From the NCBI GenBank assembly GCA_963813075.1, contig CAWEXU010000030.1, positions 352,001 through 416,000 on the forward strand: 64,000 nt of DNA, read 5' to 3'. The notes under the pieces are model-generated. The model saw only the letters and a list, made by a program, of their open reading frames with translations. It ran no database searches and was not told the DNA's origin. Below, piece by piece: positions 63,745-64,000 of this stretch (the stretch's first letter is position 1; each line of letters opens with the position of its first letter). Position numbers and translations under genes: made by a program. Source of the DNA: Methanotrichaceae archaeon (lineage in GTDB: Archaea; Halobacteriota; Methanosarcinia; Methanotrichales; Methanotrichaceae).

Positions 63745-63892
63745 CATCGGGAGCGTGAAGGGTCACGAATACCCCAACATCTAAGTTGGGGCTGAAGTGA
63801 ACCCTCTCCCGGTTTTCGTATTTCCATAAAACCGAGCGTGAGGGCGTGCGGCCCGAATTATACCCTATCCTTTGGGTGGGGTGGCCACACGC
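63745..63892. mobile_element. putative ~150-bp IS200/IS605-like palindromic miniature element
   Basis: three hairpins; a diverged inverted partial copy at 49021-49108. Confidence 0.55.
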
Positions 63893-64000
63893 AGTTTGAT
63901 TTCTCTTTGCGTTATTATTATGAGTGCGAGCCCAATGCCTGCCTGCCCTCGTCTCCTCGAATGGTCTCAGAAGGAGTCTCCTCTTCAGAGCTCATCACAA

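Overview
Archaeal methanogen chromosome segment, most consistent with Methanosarcinales or Methanotrichales (Methanothrix-like). This is inferred from the MC1 chromosomal protein, archaeal aspS, cdc6, fwdB/D-like genes, an MfnD-like ligase and aIF1. Bases 1-28.5 kb are mostly core genes: a hydantoinase/deacetylase operon, two SSS transporters, aspS, cdc6 with an ORB-bearing replication origin, and an anaerobic cobalamin cbiTLFGHCDE operon. Bases 28.5-55 kb are accessory: a tnpB-only IS200/IS605 element, an MBL-McrB-McrC operon, a ~6.5 kb array of toxin-antitoxin cassettes punctuated by a GC-rich palindromic repeat, and an AT-rich nuclease island ending at tRNA-Leu(TAG). Bases 55-64 kb return to core genes. 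The top find is a 516-bp IS605-type mini-element (10653-11168). It shares ends with the tnpB element but has no tnpB. It carries a ~310-nt multi-stem non-coding region ending in an omegaRNA-like scaffold, plus a divergent small RHH-like gene, separated by a dyad-symmetric promoter. Many single-base frameshifts in housekeeping genes suggest assembly indels, so pseudogene calls are tentative. All family calls come from motif recognition by eye; no database searches were run.
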